From an uncultured Rikenellaceae bacterium (lineage in GTDB: Bacteria; Bacteroidota; Bacteroidia; Bacteroidales; Rikenellaceae): a stretch of DNA of 64,000 bases. The position numbers were made by a program, and so were the translations under genes. Positions 36,164 to 45,607 of this stretch are shown in pieces. The stretch is from positions 5,732 to 69,731 of the forward strand of contig CAYJIF010000001.1 of NCBI GenBank assembly GCA_964370175.1, in the 5' to 3' direction. The notes beneath the pieces were generated by a model. It was not told the origin of the DNA and made no database searches. It was given only the letters and a program-made list of their open reading frames with translations. Within the stretch, counting starts at the first letter, position 1. The number at the start of each line of letters is the position of its first letter.

Positions 36164-36799
36164 CTACTTAGTTTCTTCTGGGGTAGTAGTTGGCGTGCTT
36201 AGAGTCTCTTCGTAGCGGCTGTTAAGCGCCTCGATTACCGTTGCTGTAATGTCCAAGGCTGGGTCAACAAGCACAACTGGGTTACCGCCCATTGTTTGGA
36301 TAATCATCGAGTATTTGTTCTCAGCATTGTACTCTTTGAGGTAGCTCAAGATTGATTCAGAAATTTGTGCCGAGATAGCAGCCTCTTCTTGAGCCAATTC
36401 GCCCATCACTTTATCACGGTAGGCGATAATTTCTTGCTCTTTTTTCTGAAGTTCTTCTTGTTTTGAGCGAGCCTGGTATGTTGTAATCAGGCCTTTTTGA
36501 GCTTTTTCTTGGAAGTCATTGATTTGTCCCTCCAACGAACGCATTTGGCGTTCGAGCTCTGCTTGAGCTTTTTCTTGTTTTGCGCCAAACTCAGCTCCTT
36601 TGTCAATATAGAGTCCATAGTTGGTCATTAGTGAATCCATTCTCACCACAGCAATTTTACCGTTGTACTCTGTGCCAGCGGAAAGAGCCTCAGCTGTTTG
36701 CAGCGAACCGGTCGACTGCGAAGCGTTATTTTGGCACGAAAAAAAGGTTGAAAGACAAAGTACTGTTGATGCTGTTAGAATAAGTTTTGCGAGTTTCAT
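36164..36799 (-). CDS. OmpH/Skp family periplasmic chaperone
   Basis: Signal/lipobox-like N-terminus and a Q/E/K-rich coiled coil typical of OmpH. Confidence 0.8.
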   Translation of the reverse strand: MKLAKLILTASTVLCLSTFFSCQNNASQSTGSLQTAEALSAGTEYNGKIAVVRMDSLMTNYGLYIDKGAEFGAKQEKAQAELERQMRSLEGQINDFQEKAQKGLITTYQARSKQEELQKKEQEIIAYRDKVMGELAQEEAAISAQISESILSYLKEYNAENKYSMIIQTMGGNPVVLVDPALDITATVIEALNSRYEETLSTPTTTPEETK

Positions 36800-36880
36800 A
36801 GTTGTTTAAAAAAAGGTTAAGAAAATGTTACAAAAAAAATATACTTACTTATTTGTTTGGCAAAGATGCAAAATATTTTG

Positions 36881-36888
36881 TAATTTTG
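36881..36888 (+). promoter_or_regulatory. -7 promoter motif TAATTTTG (long ruvA leader)
   Basis: TAnnTTTG, 163 nt upstream of the ruvA ATG at 37052. Confidence 0.4.
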
Positions 36889-37051
36889 CACCACGTTTTT
36901 GTTACTTTTTGCTGGGCACTCACCTTTATGGCTGAGTTTCAAGCAAATAGAGCCAAAAACGAAAGAGAGGCACCAGCAGACAAACTACAAATAACACAAA
37001 AGACTGCCGGAGCAAAAAAAGGATACAAAGATATATTGAGTGTAGCACAAC

Positions 37052-37657
37052 ATGTACGATTTCATTAAAGGAGAAGTTGTTTCGCTAAGTCCAACAGCAG
37101 CAGTTGTTGAGACTGCGGGTATTGGCTACTACCTATGCATATCACTGACCACGAACTCGGCACTACAAGGCCTAAAGGAGGCGAAACTCTATACGCACCT
37201 ATACACGGTTCAGGATCAAGCACCAATACTATTTGGATTTCACAGCGAAATGGAGCGAGCTCTGTTTCGACTACTAATTTCGGTTAGCGGCATCGGCGGC
37301 GGCACTGCACGCATAATGCTATCGTCGCACACCCCCGAAGAACTTGCCACGATAATCAGCACAGGAAATGTTGCAGCCCTCACCAAAGTCAAAGGTATTG
37401 GAGCCAAAACTGCCGAAGTGGTGATTGTCAAGCTACGCGACAAAGTGCTTGGTATTGGGTACAGCGTGGCGGAAAACGGAGAATTTGCTACGGCTGCAGG
37501 CTCGCAAATCTCGGGCAAAGCACACGAAGCTCTCGAAGCACTAATAGTGCTGGGCTTTAGTCGTGCAGCCACCCAAAAAGTCATTAAAAAAGTGATGGCC
37601 GCGGAGCCAGAGCTAAGTGTCGAAGATATTATTCGCAAAACGCTCTCGCTGCTCTAA
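37052..37657 (+). CDS. ruvA: Holliday junction branch migration protein RuvA
   Basis: MYDFIKGEV..., LISVSGIGGGTARIML and VKGIGAKTAE HhH motifs. Confidence 0.92.
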   Translation: MYDFIKGEVVSLSPTAAVVETAGIGYYLCISLTTNSALQGLKEAKLYTHLYTVQDQAPILFGFHSEMERALFRLLISVSGIGGGTARIMLSSHTPEELATIISTGNVAALTKVKGIGAKTAEVVIVKLRDKVLGIGYSVAENGEFATAAGSQISGKAHEALEALIVLGFSRAATQKVIKKVMAAEPELSVEDIIRKTLSLL

Positions 37658-37722
37658 CCCCCCCTTCTTCTTTCACTTCAATAATTCTTACAGAACAAAA
37701 CAACTAACACAAATAACAAAGT

Positions 37723-39954
37723 ATGGATTCTATTTACTACGTAATTATTGCCATTCTCATGGCACTTGCGGTTTCTGACCTCATCGTTGGGGTTTCTAAC
37801 GACGCCGTAAACTTCCTGAACTCAGCCATTGGTAGCCGTGTGGCTCCACGCTGGGTGATTATGACTGTTGCCTCGGTGGGTATTCTACTCGGGTCGGTCT
37901 TTTCCAGCGGGATGATGGAGGTTGCTCGAAGCGGGATTTTCTTCCCTGGGCAGTTTGATTTCAACTCGGTGATGATGATATTTCTCGCCGTGATGTTCAC
38001 GGACGTTATCCTTCTGGACATGTTCAACACCCTTGGCCTGCCTACCTCGACCACTGTGTCGCTGGTATTCGAGCTCTTGGGAGCGGCAGTAGCCGTAGCG
38101 CTTGTGAGCATCTGGAGTGGAGAACCAGGCGTGGCTCAAAACTTGGCAGAATACATCAATAGTTCCAAAGCATTGAGTATCATAGCGGGGATATTACTAT
38201 CGGTGGTCATATCGTTCACCGTGGGTGTTATCGTGATGTTCATCTCACGCCTTATCTTCTCGTTCCAATACAAAAAATCAATTAAATGCGTTGGTGCAAT
38301 TTGGTGCGGTATCGCCCTCACAGCAATCTCCTACTTTGCGATTTTCAAAGGACTAAAAGGTTCTACTATCATGAGCCCAGAGGTTGCGGATTTCATCAAC
38401 AACAGTAGCACACTGGCTATCATTGGCATGTCACTGGTGGTGTGGACTGCACTAATGCTCATCCTACAGTTTATCTTCCGCCTCAACATCCTAAAACTCA
38501 CTGTACTTGCAGGAACTCTTTCTCTTGCTCTTGCCTTTGCGGGTAACGACTTGGTGAACTTCATTGGAGTATCAATGGCAGGGTGGTCGTCAGTGGATAT
38601 TGCAAATGACTATGTAGCGGCAGGCGGCGACTTAAGCACACTCAAGATGGGTGCGCTCTCCGAAAAAGTACAAGTTAACTGGATATTCCTCTTCGGTGCA
38701 GGTGCGATTATGACCCTCACACTGTGGTTCTCGAAAAAAGCTCGCAAAGTTACCGAAACTGAAATTAACCTCTCTCGCCAAGGCGAAGGTTCTGAGCGCT
38801 TCGGTTCTACAGCCTTTTCGCGTGGCTTGGTTAGAGGCGCAGTTGGCATCAACCGCACGTTCGAGGCAATCACCCCAAAACCAGTACAAAGATGGATAGA
38901 CAGACGCTTCGAACCATTAGCAACTACCGCTGCCGATAAAGCTCCTTTCGACCTTATCCGTGCTACAGTGAACTTGGCGTGTGCGGCAATCCTTATCGCC
39001 CTTGCAACATCGCTCAAACTACCACTTTCTACCACCTACGTGACCTTTATGGTGGCAATGGGTACCTCGCTCGCCGACAGAGCGTGGGGAAGAGAATCGG
39101 CCGTGTATCGCATCACTGGCGTACTTACAGTAATCTCGGGATGGTTCCTAACAGCGTTTATCGCCTTTACTGTTGCGTTCATCATTGCACTCGTGCTTAT
39201 GTACGGTGGAGAGTACGCTATCTACGGTATGGCAGTGCTATGCGTGACGCTACTATGGCGCAGCAGAGCTATGTTCAAAAAACGCGCTCGCAAAGAACAG
39301 AGCGCAAAGGCTCAATCTACTGAAGACACTCGTTCGGTATTGGAACGCAGTTCTGACGACGTTATTGAAACACTTGAGAAAGTGGCTAAAGTATACGCCG
39401 ACACCATCTTTGGCATTGGTAGCGAAGACCTCAAGAAACTGAAGAAAAGCTATAAAACCTCTAAGAAACTTCACGACAGCATAAAAGAGAAGAAACAACG
39501 TGTTCACTACGACCTACGCACACTGCAAGTCGAGGGATGCCAAACAGGACACTACTTTATCCAAGTAGTAGACTACCTTTCTGAGGTGGCAAAGAGCCTT
39601 CTGCACATCACTCGCCCTGCGTTCAGGTATATTGAAAACAACCATGCTGGATTCAACGAAGAGCAGCTCAAAGACCTCAATGTAATCATGGAATTCTCGC
39701 TTGCTCTGAGCCAAGCTCAGTCTGTAATGATTCGCTCGTGTGAGTTCTCACAGTACGAAAGTTCAAGAGCGAAACGTGAGGAATTCCTTGGCCTGCTCAA
39801 CGAAGTTACGCAGAACGAAATCAAGCGTATCGGCGAGAAGAAAGTAAACGAGCGTAGCTCTATCCTCTTCCTCGACGTTGTGAACGAAACTAAAACTCTA
39901 TTCCTACAGTCACGCAACCTTGTTGATGCTCAACACAACTTCATGACAAAGTAA
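37723..39954 (+). CDS. inorganic phosphate transporter (PiT family) with a long C-terminal soluble domain
   Basis: GVSNDAVNFLNSAIGSR and GNDLVNFIGVSMA PiT repeats. C-terminal ~230 aa are hydrophilic and helical. Confidence 0.8.
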   Translation: MDSIYYVIIAILMALAVSDLIVGVSNDAVNFLNSAIGSRVAPRWVIMTVASVGILLGSVFSSGMMEVARSGIFFPGQFDFNSVMMIFLAVMFTDVILLDMFNTLGLPTSTTVSLVFELLGAAVAVALVSIWSGEPGVAQNLAEYINSSKALSIIAGILLSVVISFTVGVIVMFISRLIFSFQYKKSIKCVGAIWCGIALTAISYFAIFKGLKGSTIMSPEVADFINNSSTLAIIGMSLVVWTALMLILQFIFRLNILKLTVLAGTLSLALAFAGNDLVNFIGVSMAGWSSVDIANDYVAAGGDLSTLKMGALSEKVQVNWIFLFGAGAIMTLTLWFSKKARKVTETEINLSRQGEGSERFGSTAFSRGLVRGAVGINRTFEAITPKPVQRWIDRRFEPLATTAADKAPFDLIRATVNLACAAILIALATSLKLPLSTTYVTFMVAMGTSLADRAWGRESAVYRITGVLTVISGWFLTAFIAFTVAFIIALVLMYGGEYAIYGMAVLCVTLLWRSRAMFKKRARKEQSAKAQSTEDTRSVLERSSDDVIETLEKVAKVYADTIFGIGSEDLKKLKKSYKTSKKLHDSIKEKKQRVHYDLRTLQVEGCQTGHYFIQVVDYLSEVAKSLLHITRPAFRYIENNHAGFNEEQLKDLNVIMEFSLALSQAQSVMIRSCEFSQYESSRAKREEFLGLLNEVTQNEIKRIGEKKVNERSSILFLDVVNETKTLFLQSRNLVDAQHNFMTK

Positions 39955-40097
39955 AGAGTCGCAACGACGACGCTACACAAGCTAATAGTGCGTGCGCATG
40001 AGCCTTATAGTGCACCTCTCACTCGCAAACCCTTCGGGGGATGGGGCACGAGAAATCCACCGAGCGCTCATGTGACACAACAAAATAAGTAGACTCG

Positions 40098-40170
40098 AGG
40101 CACCCTGCCTGTTCTCAGCATCACACTTCTTTTGAGTGTAGCAAAAGAACACGCAGGGTGCCTTGTTTCT
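40098..40170 (+). terminator. long composite hairpin followed by TTGTTTCT, downstream of the phosphate transporter gene
   Basis: AGGCACCCTGC (40098-40108) pairs perfectly with GCAGGGTGCCT (40153-40163). Inner 6-bp and 5-bp helices extend the stem. Confidence 0.6.
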
Positions 40171-40214
40171 GAGTGAATTTTTATATTTTTCTTGCATTGA
40201 AAAAGAAAAAAATA

Positions 40215-40222
40215 TAACTTTG
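40215..40222 (+). promoter_or_regulatory. -7 promoter motif TAACTTTG (acyl-CoA ligase gene)
   Basis: TAnnTTTG, 44 nt upstream of ATG 40267. Confidence 0.5.
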
Positions 40223-40266
40223 TGTCTATGATTACGTTATAATAAAAACCATATCTACAAAAAAAT

Positions 40267-41934
40267 ATGATACCAGAAAACTTAATCGAACTATACGAAA
40301 AATCACTCAAAGAGAACTGGGAACTCCCAGCTCTTACGGACTACTTCAAAAAGGAAACATTCACCTACGGAGAGCTCGCACAGCAAATACTAAAGCTCCA
40401 CATGCTCTTCGAGTCGATGGGCGTGAAGAAGAGGGATAAAATCGCCCTGATAGGCCGCGCAACTCCGCGTTGGGGTACCACTTTTCTGGCGACTATCACT
40501 TATGGGGCTGTAATCGTGCCTATTCTCCAAGATTTCAGTCAGAACGACATACACCACATTATCAACCACTCGGACAGCGTCTTGCTCTTTGCCGGCGAGC
40601 ATTTTTACGAGAACATCGAAGTGGAGCACATACCCAACATCAAGGCAGTGTATAGTCTCGACAACTATGCAACCTATCATATCAGCGAAGTGTACTCCTC
40701 ACGCTCGGGCGGCATCAGCAATGCTGAGGCGGAATTCAAGAAACTCTACCCTGCGGGAATCATCCCCGAACAGCTAAAATTCAACCACACCGACAACTCG
40801 GAGCTGATGCTACTGAACTACACCAGCGGCACTACGGGCTTTTCGAAGGGTGTGATGCTTTCGGGCAACAACATCGCGGGTAACATGCTCTTTGGACGTA
40901 GTCTAAATGTCCACTGGCCAGGCTCCAGAGCACTCGCATTCCTTCCGCTGGCGCACGCCTATGGCTGTGCGTTCGACTTCCTCTACCCCATAATGGTAGG
41001 TGGACACGTCACGATGCTCGGCAAAATTCCTGCGCCTAAAGTACTCGTGGCAGCTCTTGCCGAAGTGAAACCAAATGTAATTTTCACCGTCCCGCTCATC
41101 ATCGAGAAGATATACCGCAAGCAACTGCTCCCGATGCTCGAGAAGCAGATGACAAAACTCGCCCTAAAAATTCCGTTGCTCGACCAAGGCATATACTCGA
41201 TTATCCGCAAAAAACTATTCGAGGCATTTGGAGGAGAGTTCAGCCAGATCATCATTGGTGGAGCGGCATTGAATAGCGAAGTGGATGAATTCTTGAGAAA
41301 AATCAAGCTCCCCTTCACTGTAGGTTATGGCATGACTGAGTGCGCTCCGCTGATTAGCTACACAGCGCCTGATGCCTTTGTACCGAAGTCGTGCGGGCGA
41401 ATCCTTCCAGATATCATGGAGGTGAGAATCGACAATCGTGAGCCTCTGAGCGGCGTTGGAGAGATTTGTGTGCGCGGCGAAAACGTCATGATGGGATACT
41501 ACAAAAACGAAGAAGCCACACGTGCTGTGATTGACGAAGAGGGGTGGTTGCACACCGGCGATATGGGCTCTACTGCCGACGATGGCACAATCTTTATTCG
41601 AGGGCGCTCTAAAACTATGATTCTCAGCTCCAGCGGCCAGAACATCTATCCCGAAGAGATTGAAAGCAAACTCGACAACCTACCCTGCGTGCTTGAGAGC
41701 CTTGTGGTAGAGCGCGATGGAAAGCTCGTAGCGCTCATCTACCCCGACTACGATAGCCTCGATGCTATTGGTGCTAAGGGACAACAGATGATCATGGATA
41801 TTATGAAGGCTAACATTGTGGAGCTGAACAAGCAAGTGGCAGCGTATGAACGAGTGAGCGACGTGGTGCTCTACCCCGAGGAGTTCGAAAAGACTCCTAA
41901 GCGCAGCATCAAACGCTACCTCTACACCACGTAG
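40267..41934 (+). CDS. AMP-dependent synthetase / long-chain-fatty-acid--CoA ligase
   Basis: LNYTSGTTGFSKGVM (AMP-binding motif), GYGMTE, TGDMG..DDGTIFIRGRSK. Confidence 0.85.
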   Translation: MIPENLIELYEKSLKENWELPALTDYFKKETFTYGELAQQILKLHMLFESMGVKKRDKIALIGRATPRWGTTFLATITYGAVIVPILQDFSQNDIHHIINHSDSVLLFAGEHFYENIEVEHIPNIKAVYSLDNYATYHISEVYSSRSGGISNAEAEFKKLYPAGIIPEQLKFNHTDNSELMLLNYTSGTTGFSKGVMLSGNNIAGNMLFGRSLNVHWPGSRALAFLPLAHAYGCAFDFLYPIMVGGHVTMLGKIPAPKVLVAALAEVKPNVIFTVPLIIEKIYRKQLLPMLEKQMTKLALKIPLLDQGIYSIIRKKLFEAFGGEFSQIIIGGAALNSEVDEFLRKIKLPFTVGYGMTECAPLISYTAPDAFVPKSCGRILPDIMEVRIDNREPLSGVGEICVRGENVMMGYYKNEEATRAVIDEEGWLHTGDMGSTADDGTIFIRGRSKTMILSSSGQNIYPEEIESKLDNLPCVLESLVVERDGKLVALIYPDYDSLDAIGAKGQQMIMDIMKANIVELNKQVAAYERVSDVVLYPEEFEKTPKRSIKRYLYTT

Positions 41935-41984
41935 TAGGAATGCCAGCAATCATCTAAAAAGCCGCACAACGGCTCCTAAACATC

Positions 41985-42025
41985 AGACCCCGCTACCGAA
42001 GAAGATCTCTTCAGTAGCGGGGTCT
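41985..42025. terminator. GC-rich hairpin between the convergent acyl-CoA ligase gene and the small membrane protein gene
   Basis: AGACCCCGCTAC...GTAGCGGGGTCT (12 bp) with an inner GAAGA/TCTTC helix. No clear T-tract. Confidence 0.55.
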
Positions 42026-42083
42026 AACGTTATTATAGCACTCAACTCTCAGAAAGAAAAGCAGTGAATGTACAAGGGGAGGA

Positions 42084-42093
42084 GGGGGGGGGG
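42084..42093. repeat. G10 homopolymer (C10 on the transcribed strand)
   Basis: Counted directly. Embedded in GGGGAGGAGGGGGGGGGGAG. Starts 3 nt after the stop codon of the minus-strand gene 42097..42447. Confidence 0.95.
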
Positions 42094-42096
42094 AGA

Positions 42097-42447
42097 TTAC
42101 TCAACCTCCAGCTTTTTCTTTATGTTCTGCATATCGCCCAAATCAAAGAAATGACCGAACAAGCCAAGAGCAATAATTTGCTCATCGCCCTCCACATCAA
42201 TTGCCGTTAACGAGAAGAAAAAGTAATTCTTGCGGGTGATAAACTTACCCATCAAGTCCTCCATTCTCTCTTTTCCCAAGAGCCCCTCACCAATGGCGAG
42301 GTAATCTTTATTGATGCCGTAATTCTCCACCCCAATTTCTTTGAGCAACTTCACAGCATTTTGTGCATGTTCCTCTTTGGTGGGATTGAACTTGAAGGCA
42401 AAAAAACCTACGACAACAAAGATAACAAGGCATCCTAATTTTTTCAT
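42097..42447 (-). CDS. hypothetical membrane-anchored protein
   Basis: N-terminal TM helix MKKLGCLVIFVVVGFFAF. No motif recognised. Lies immediately downstream of korAB. Confidence 0.55.
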   Translation of the reverse strand: MKKLGCLVIFVVVGFFAFKFNPTKEEHAQNAVKLLKEIGVENYGINKDYLAIGEGLLGKERMEDLMGKFITRKNYFFFSLTAIDVEGDEQIIALGLFGHFFDLGDMQNIKKKLEVE

Positions 42448-42504
42448 ATTCAGTAGTGCTTATGTATGAGTTTGAGAGTAAGCTACTCTGATGGTAAAGT
42501 GTGT

Positions 42505-43521
42505 TTATTCTACTTCCCACGTCTCGCCACTGTGAAGCAGCCCATCGAGGTTGAATATCGAGGCATGTGCACCAATTTCGATTAGTTGGTCGCGCACTGC
42601 ATCGTCATAGGTGTTGTCCGCCACATCACGAATCACACCGAGTGCTACTGGCATTTCGGGAGCTTTCATATTCACAAGCATCATGTGAACCCCCGGGTCT
42701 TTAGCTTGGGCGTTGTGGGTCAGAATGTCGTGAATCGAGTAACCATTCTCGCCAATTTTCACAACCCTTAGGCTACGTCCCGATAGCACAAGTCCCTTGT
42801 CTTTATTTGCTCCAAAGAGCATTTTTTCGCCATGGCGCAGAACGATAGTATTCTCCTCACGCAACTCTTTTTTCGAGAAAACGTCGAACGCTCTGTCATT
42901 AAAAATCACGCAATTCTGCAAGATTTCCACCACTGATGTTCCGTCATGCGTTGCCGATGCCACCAAGCACTCCTTGGTGAGGTTAATATCCACATCTATC
43001 GAGCGGGCAAAGAAAGTACCCCTCGCACCCAGCACGATTTCGCCAGGCAGGAACGGGTGCTCGATAGTTCCATAGGGCGATGTTTTAGTAACAGTACCTA
43101 TGGGCGAGGTGGGTGAGAACTGCCCTTTTGTGAGTCCATAAATTTGGTTATTAAAGAGCATGATATTGATATCGACATTGCGTCTGATGGCGTGTATAAA
43201 GTGGTTACCACCGATGGCAAGCGAGTCACCATCACCAGTTGCCACCCACACCGAGAGCGTTGGGTTTGCCACCTTCACTCCAGTGGCAATCGCCGCCGCG
43301 CGCCCGTGAATACCGTGAAAACCGTATGTCTGCATGTAGTAGGGGAAGCGGCTCGAACAGCCGATACCACTAACAAACGTAAAGCGTTGGTGGGTATAAT
43401 TGCACGCCTCGGCAACCTCTGGAAGAGCCTTTGCCACAGAGGATAGTATGGCATGGTCACCACACCCCGGACACCATTTAACTTCTTGGTCGCTTCTGAA
43501 ATTTTGTGGAGTATATTTCAT
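42505..43521 (-). CDS. korB: 2-oxoacid:ferredoxin oxidoreductase subunit beta
   Basis: WCPGCGDH, TPP-binding GDGD..AIGGNH. Confidence 0.9.
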   Translation of the reverse strand: MKYTPQNFRSDQEVKWCPGCGDHAILSSVAKALPEVAEACNYTHQRFTFVSGIGCSSRFPYYMQTYGFHGIHGRAAAIATGVKVANPTLSVWVATGDGDSLAIGGNHFIHAIRRNVDINIMLFNNQIYGLTKGQFSPTSPIGTVTKTSPYGTIEHPFLPGEIVLGARGTFFARSIDVDINLTKECLVASATHDGTSVVEILQNCVIFNDRAFDVFSKKELREENTIVLRHGEKMLFGANKDKGLVLSGRSLRVVKIGENGYSIHDILTHNAQAKDPGVHMMLVNMKAPEMPVALGVIRDVADNTYDDAVRDQLIEIGAHASIFNLDGLLHSGETWEVE

Positions 43522-43533
43522 AATTTCTGATGG

Positions 43534-45366
43534 CTATAAAATTTCGTTAATTTTCTTTTCGAGCTCCTCTACTGTAAAAGGCAACCCTTGTACTTTATTG
43601 TATTGCAGGTAGTTAAATTTCTGCTTTTTCATTCTCAGGTAGTTTGCAAATTGTCCCATGTTCAATTCACACACAATTATTTTCTTGAACTTCTCGAAAA
43701 TTTCATCCACACCACGAGGCAATGGGTTTATTAGCTCGAAGTGGCAGTGCGCAACGCTCTTATCTTGTGCTCTGAGCCTATCGACTGCTGAGCGCACGTG
43801 TCCGTAAGTTCCACCCCAACTCACCACCAACACCTCGCCACCGTCAGCGTCTCCATACACCTCCTGCTCGGGGAAAAACTCGGCAACTTTGGCGATTTTC
43901 GCTGCACGAATATCAACCATCTTCTGGTGATTCTCAGGAACATGCGACACAGTACCCTTCAAAAAATCTTTCTCCAATCCGCCGATTCTATGCTCCAAAC
44001 CAACTGTTCCCGGGAGCGCCCAACGCCTTGCCAAACGCAACTCGTCACGCTCATAGGGCAGATATCCACCCTCTGGCACCTCGGTAATCATCGGTGGGGT
44101 TATGGATGGATAGTCGGACATCTGTGGTATTTTCCACGGCTCCGAACCATTACCAATAAAGCCATCGGTGAGCAGAATCACGGGAGTCATGTGTTCGAGC
44201 GCAATTTTCCCCGCAGTGAATGCCGAATCAAAGCATTTCGAGGGCGAGCTTGCCGCCATCACCACAAGTGGACACTCACCATTTCTACCCCACAGGGCTT
44301 GGTCAAGGTCCGCTTGTTCTGTTTTTGTGGGCAGTCCTGTCGAGGGGCCACCCCTTTGCACATCTACGATAACAAGCGGCAACTCTGTCATCACGGCAAG
44401 TCCCAACGCCTCGCTCTTGAGCGAAAGTCCTGGTCCTGAAGTCGTTGTTACCGCAAAATTACCCGCAAACGCCGCTCCGATAGAGGTACAGATACCAGCT
44501 ATCTCGTCTTCGGCCTGCAAGGTCTTCGCCCCCAAATCTTTGCGTTTGGAGAGCTCCTCGAGGATAGCCGTAGCAGGTGTTATGGGGTATGAACCGCAAA
44601 AGAGCGGACGACCGCTCTTCTCCGATGCCGCCAGCAGTCCCCAGGCTGTTGCCTGATTACCGGTGATTGAGCGATAGGTGCCTTTTTCGAGTTTCGCCTT
44701 AGGAATTTTATAGGTATTGGCGAATTGATGAGTATTGGCTGCATAGTTCATTCCCGCCGTGAGCACGAGCTTATTAGCCTCGGCAATTGCAGGGCGTTTG
44801 TGGAATTTTTTTTGGAAGTACTCAATAGTATGCTCTGGAGTTCTGTCAAACACATAGAAACAGACTCCAAGGGCAAACATATTTTTACACTTCACAATAC
44901 TTTTATTGTCGAGTCCGCTATCTTTGAGCGCATCTTTGGTCATCGAGGTGATGGGGCAGAGCACTATATTATAGTCTTCGATGTTGAGTTCCTCAAAGGG
45001 GTTCTCGGTGACAAATCCTGCACGTTTAATATCTTTGAGCGTAAAGCTATCGGCATCACAGATGATTGTAGCATCTTTGTTGAGCCAACAGGCGTTAGAT
45101 TTGAGTGCTGCGGGGTTCATTGCCACCAACACGTCGCAGTAGTCACCCGGGGTGAGCACTGGCACAGAACTGAGATGCACCTGAAAACCCGATACACCAG
45201 CCACTGTCCCCTGTGGGGCACGAATCTCTGCTGGAAAATCCGGAAAAGTTGAAGTTGAATTACCTTGGTGGGCACTCGCATCGCTGAAGAGCATTCCTGT
45301 GAGTTGCATACCGTCGCCCGAATCCCCAGAGAAACGGACCACTACCTCTTGAATTTGCTGAGCCAT
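43534..45366 (-). CDS. korA: 2-oxoacid:ferredoxin oxidoreductase subunit alpha
   Basis: Fused gamma/alpha-type domains (RFSGDSGDGMQ..., GSYPITPAT). Start taken at ATG 45366. The TATCTTTG motif at 45430-45437 excludes the longer ORF start. Confidence 0.9.
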   Translation of the reverse strand: MAQQIQEVVVRFSGDSGDGMQLTGMLFSDASAHQGNSTSTFPDFPAEIRAPQGTVAGVSGFQVHLSSVPVLTPGDYCDVLVAMNPAALKSNACWLNKDATIICDADSFTLKDIKRAGFVTENPFEELNIEDYNIVLCPITSMTKDALKDSGLDNKSIVKCKNMFALGVCFYVFDRTPEHTIEYFQKKFHKRPAIAEANKLVLTAGMNYAANTHQFANTYKIPKAKLEKGTYRSITGNQATAWGLLAASEKSGRPLFCGSYPITPATAILEELSKRKDLGAKTLQAEDEIAGICTSIGAAFAGNFAVTTTSGPGLSLKSEALGLAVMTELPLVIVDVQRGGPSTGLPTKTEQADLDQALWGRNGECPLVVMAASSPSKCFDSAFTAGKIALEHMTPVILLTDGFIGNGSEPWKIPQMSDYPSITPPMITEVPEGGYLPYERDELRLARRWALPGTVGLEHRIGGLEKDFLKGTVSHVPENHQKMVDIRAAKIAKVAEFFPEQEVYGDADGGEVLVVSWGGTYGHVRSAVDRLRAQDKSVAHCHFELINPLPRGVDEIFEKFKKIIVCELNMGQFANYLRMKKQKFNYLQYNKVQGLPFTVEELEKKINEIL

Positions 45367-45429
45367 AATGTCTTGATTTACATATAGTTTTTTACGGTAT
45401 CCGCCCTCCATCGGGCAAATACACTTACA

Positions 45430-45437
45430 CAAAGATA
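45430..45437 (-). promoter_or_regulatory. -7 promoter motif TATCTTTG (korAB)
   Basis: TAnnTTTG, ~63 nt upstream of ATG 45366. Confidence 0.5.
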
Positions 45438-45550
45438 TGAAATTTATCTTTTTTTCTCACAAATCGCCCCATTTTATTACCAAAAACAGCGCTTTGTGCA
45501 ACTTTTTGGGTTAAGTTTGCCCATCACATGCAATAAAACAGCCGCATCAC

Positions 45551-45570
45551 TGCGAGAAATTGCGAGAAAT
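45551..45570 (+). repeat. perfect 2 x 10-nt tandem repeat TGCGAGAAAT just upstream of the cls -7 motif
   Basis: Read directly. Ends 4 nt before TAAATTTG. Confidence 0.9.
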
Positions 45571-45574
45571 TTGT

Positions 45575-45582
45575 TAAATTTG
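45575..45582 (+). promoter_or_regulatory. -7 promoter motif TAAATTTG (cls)
   Basis: TAnnTTTG, 25 nt upstream of ATG 45608. Confidence 0.5.
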
Positions 45583-45607
45583 CACTCCATCAAATGCTCT
45601 TTCAACA

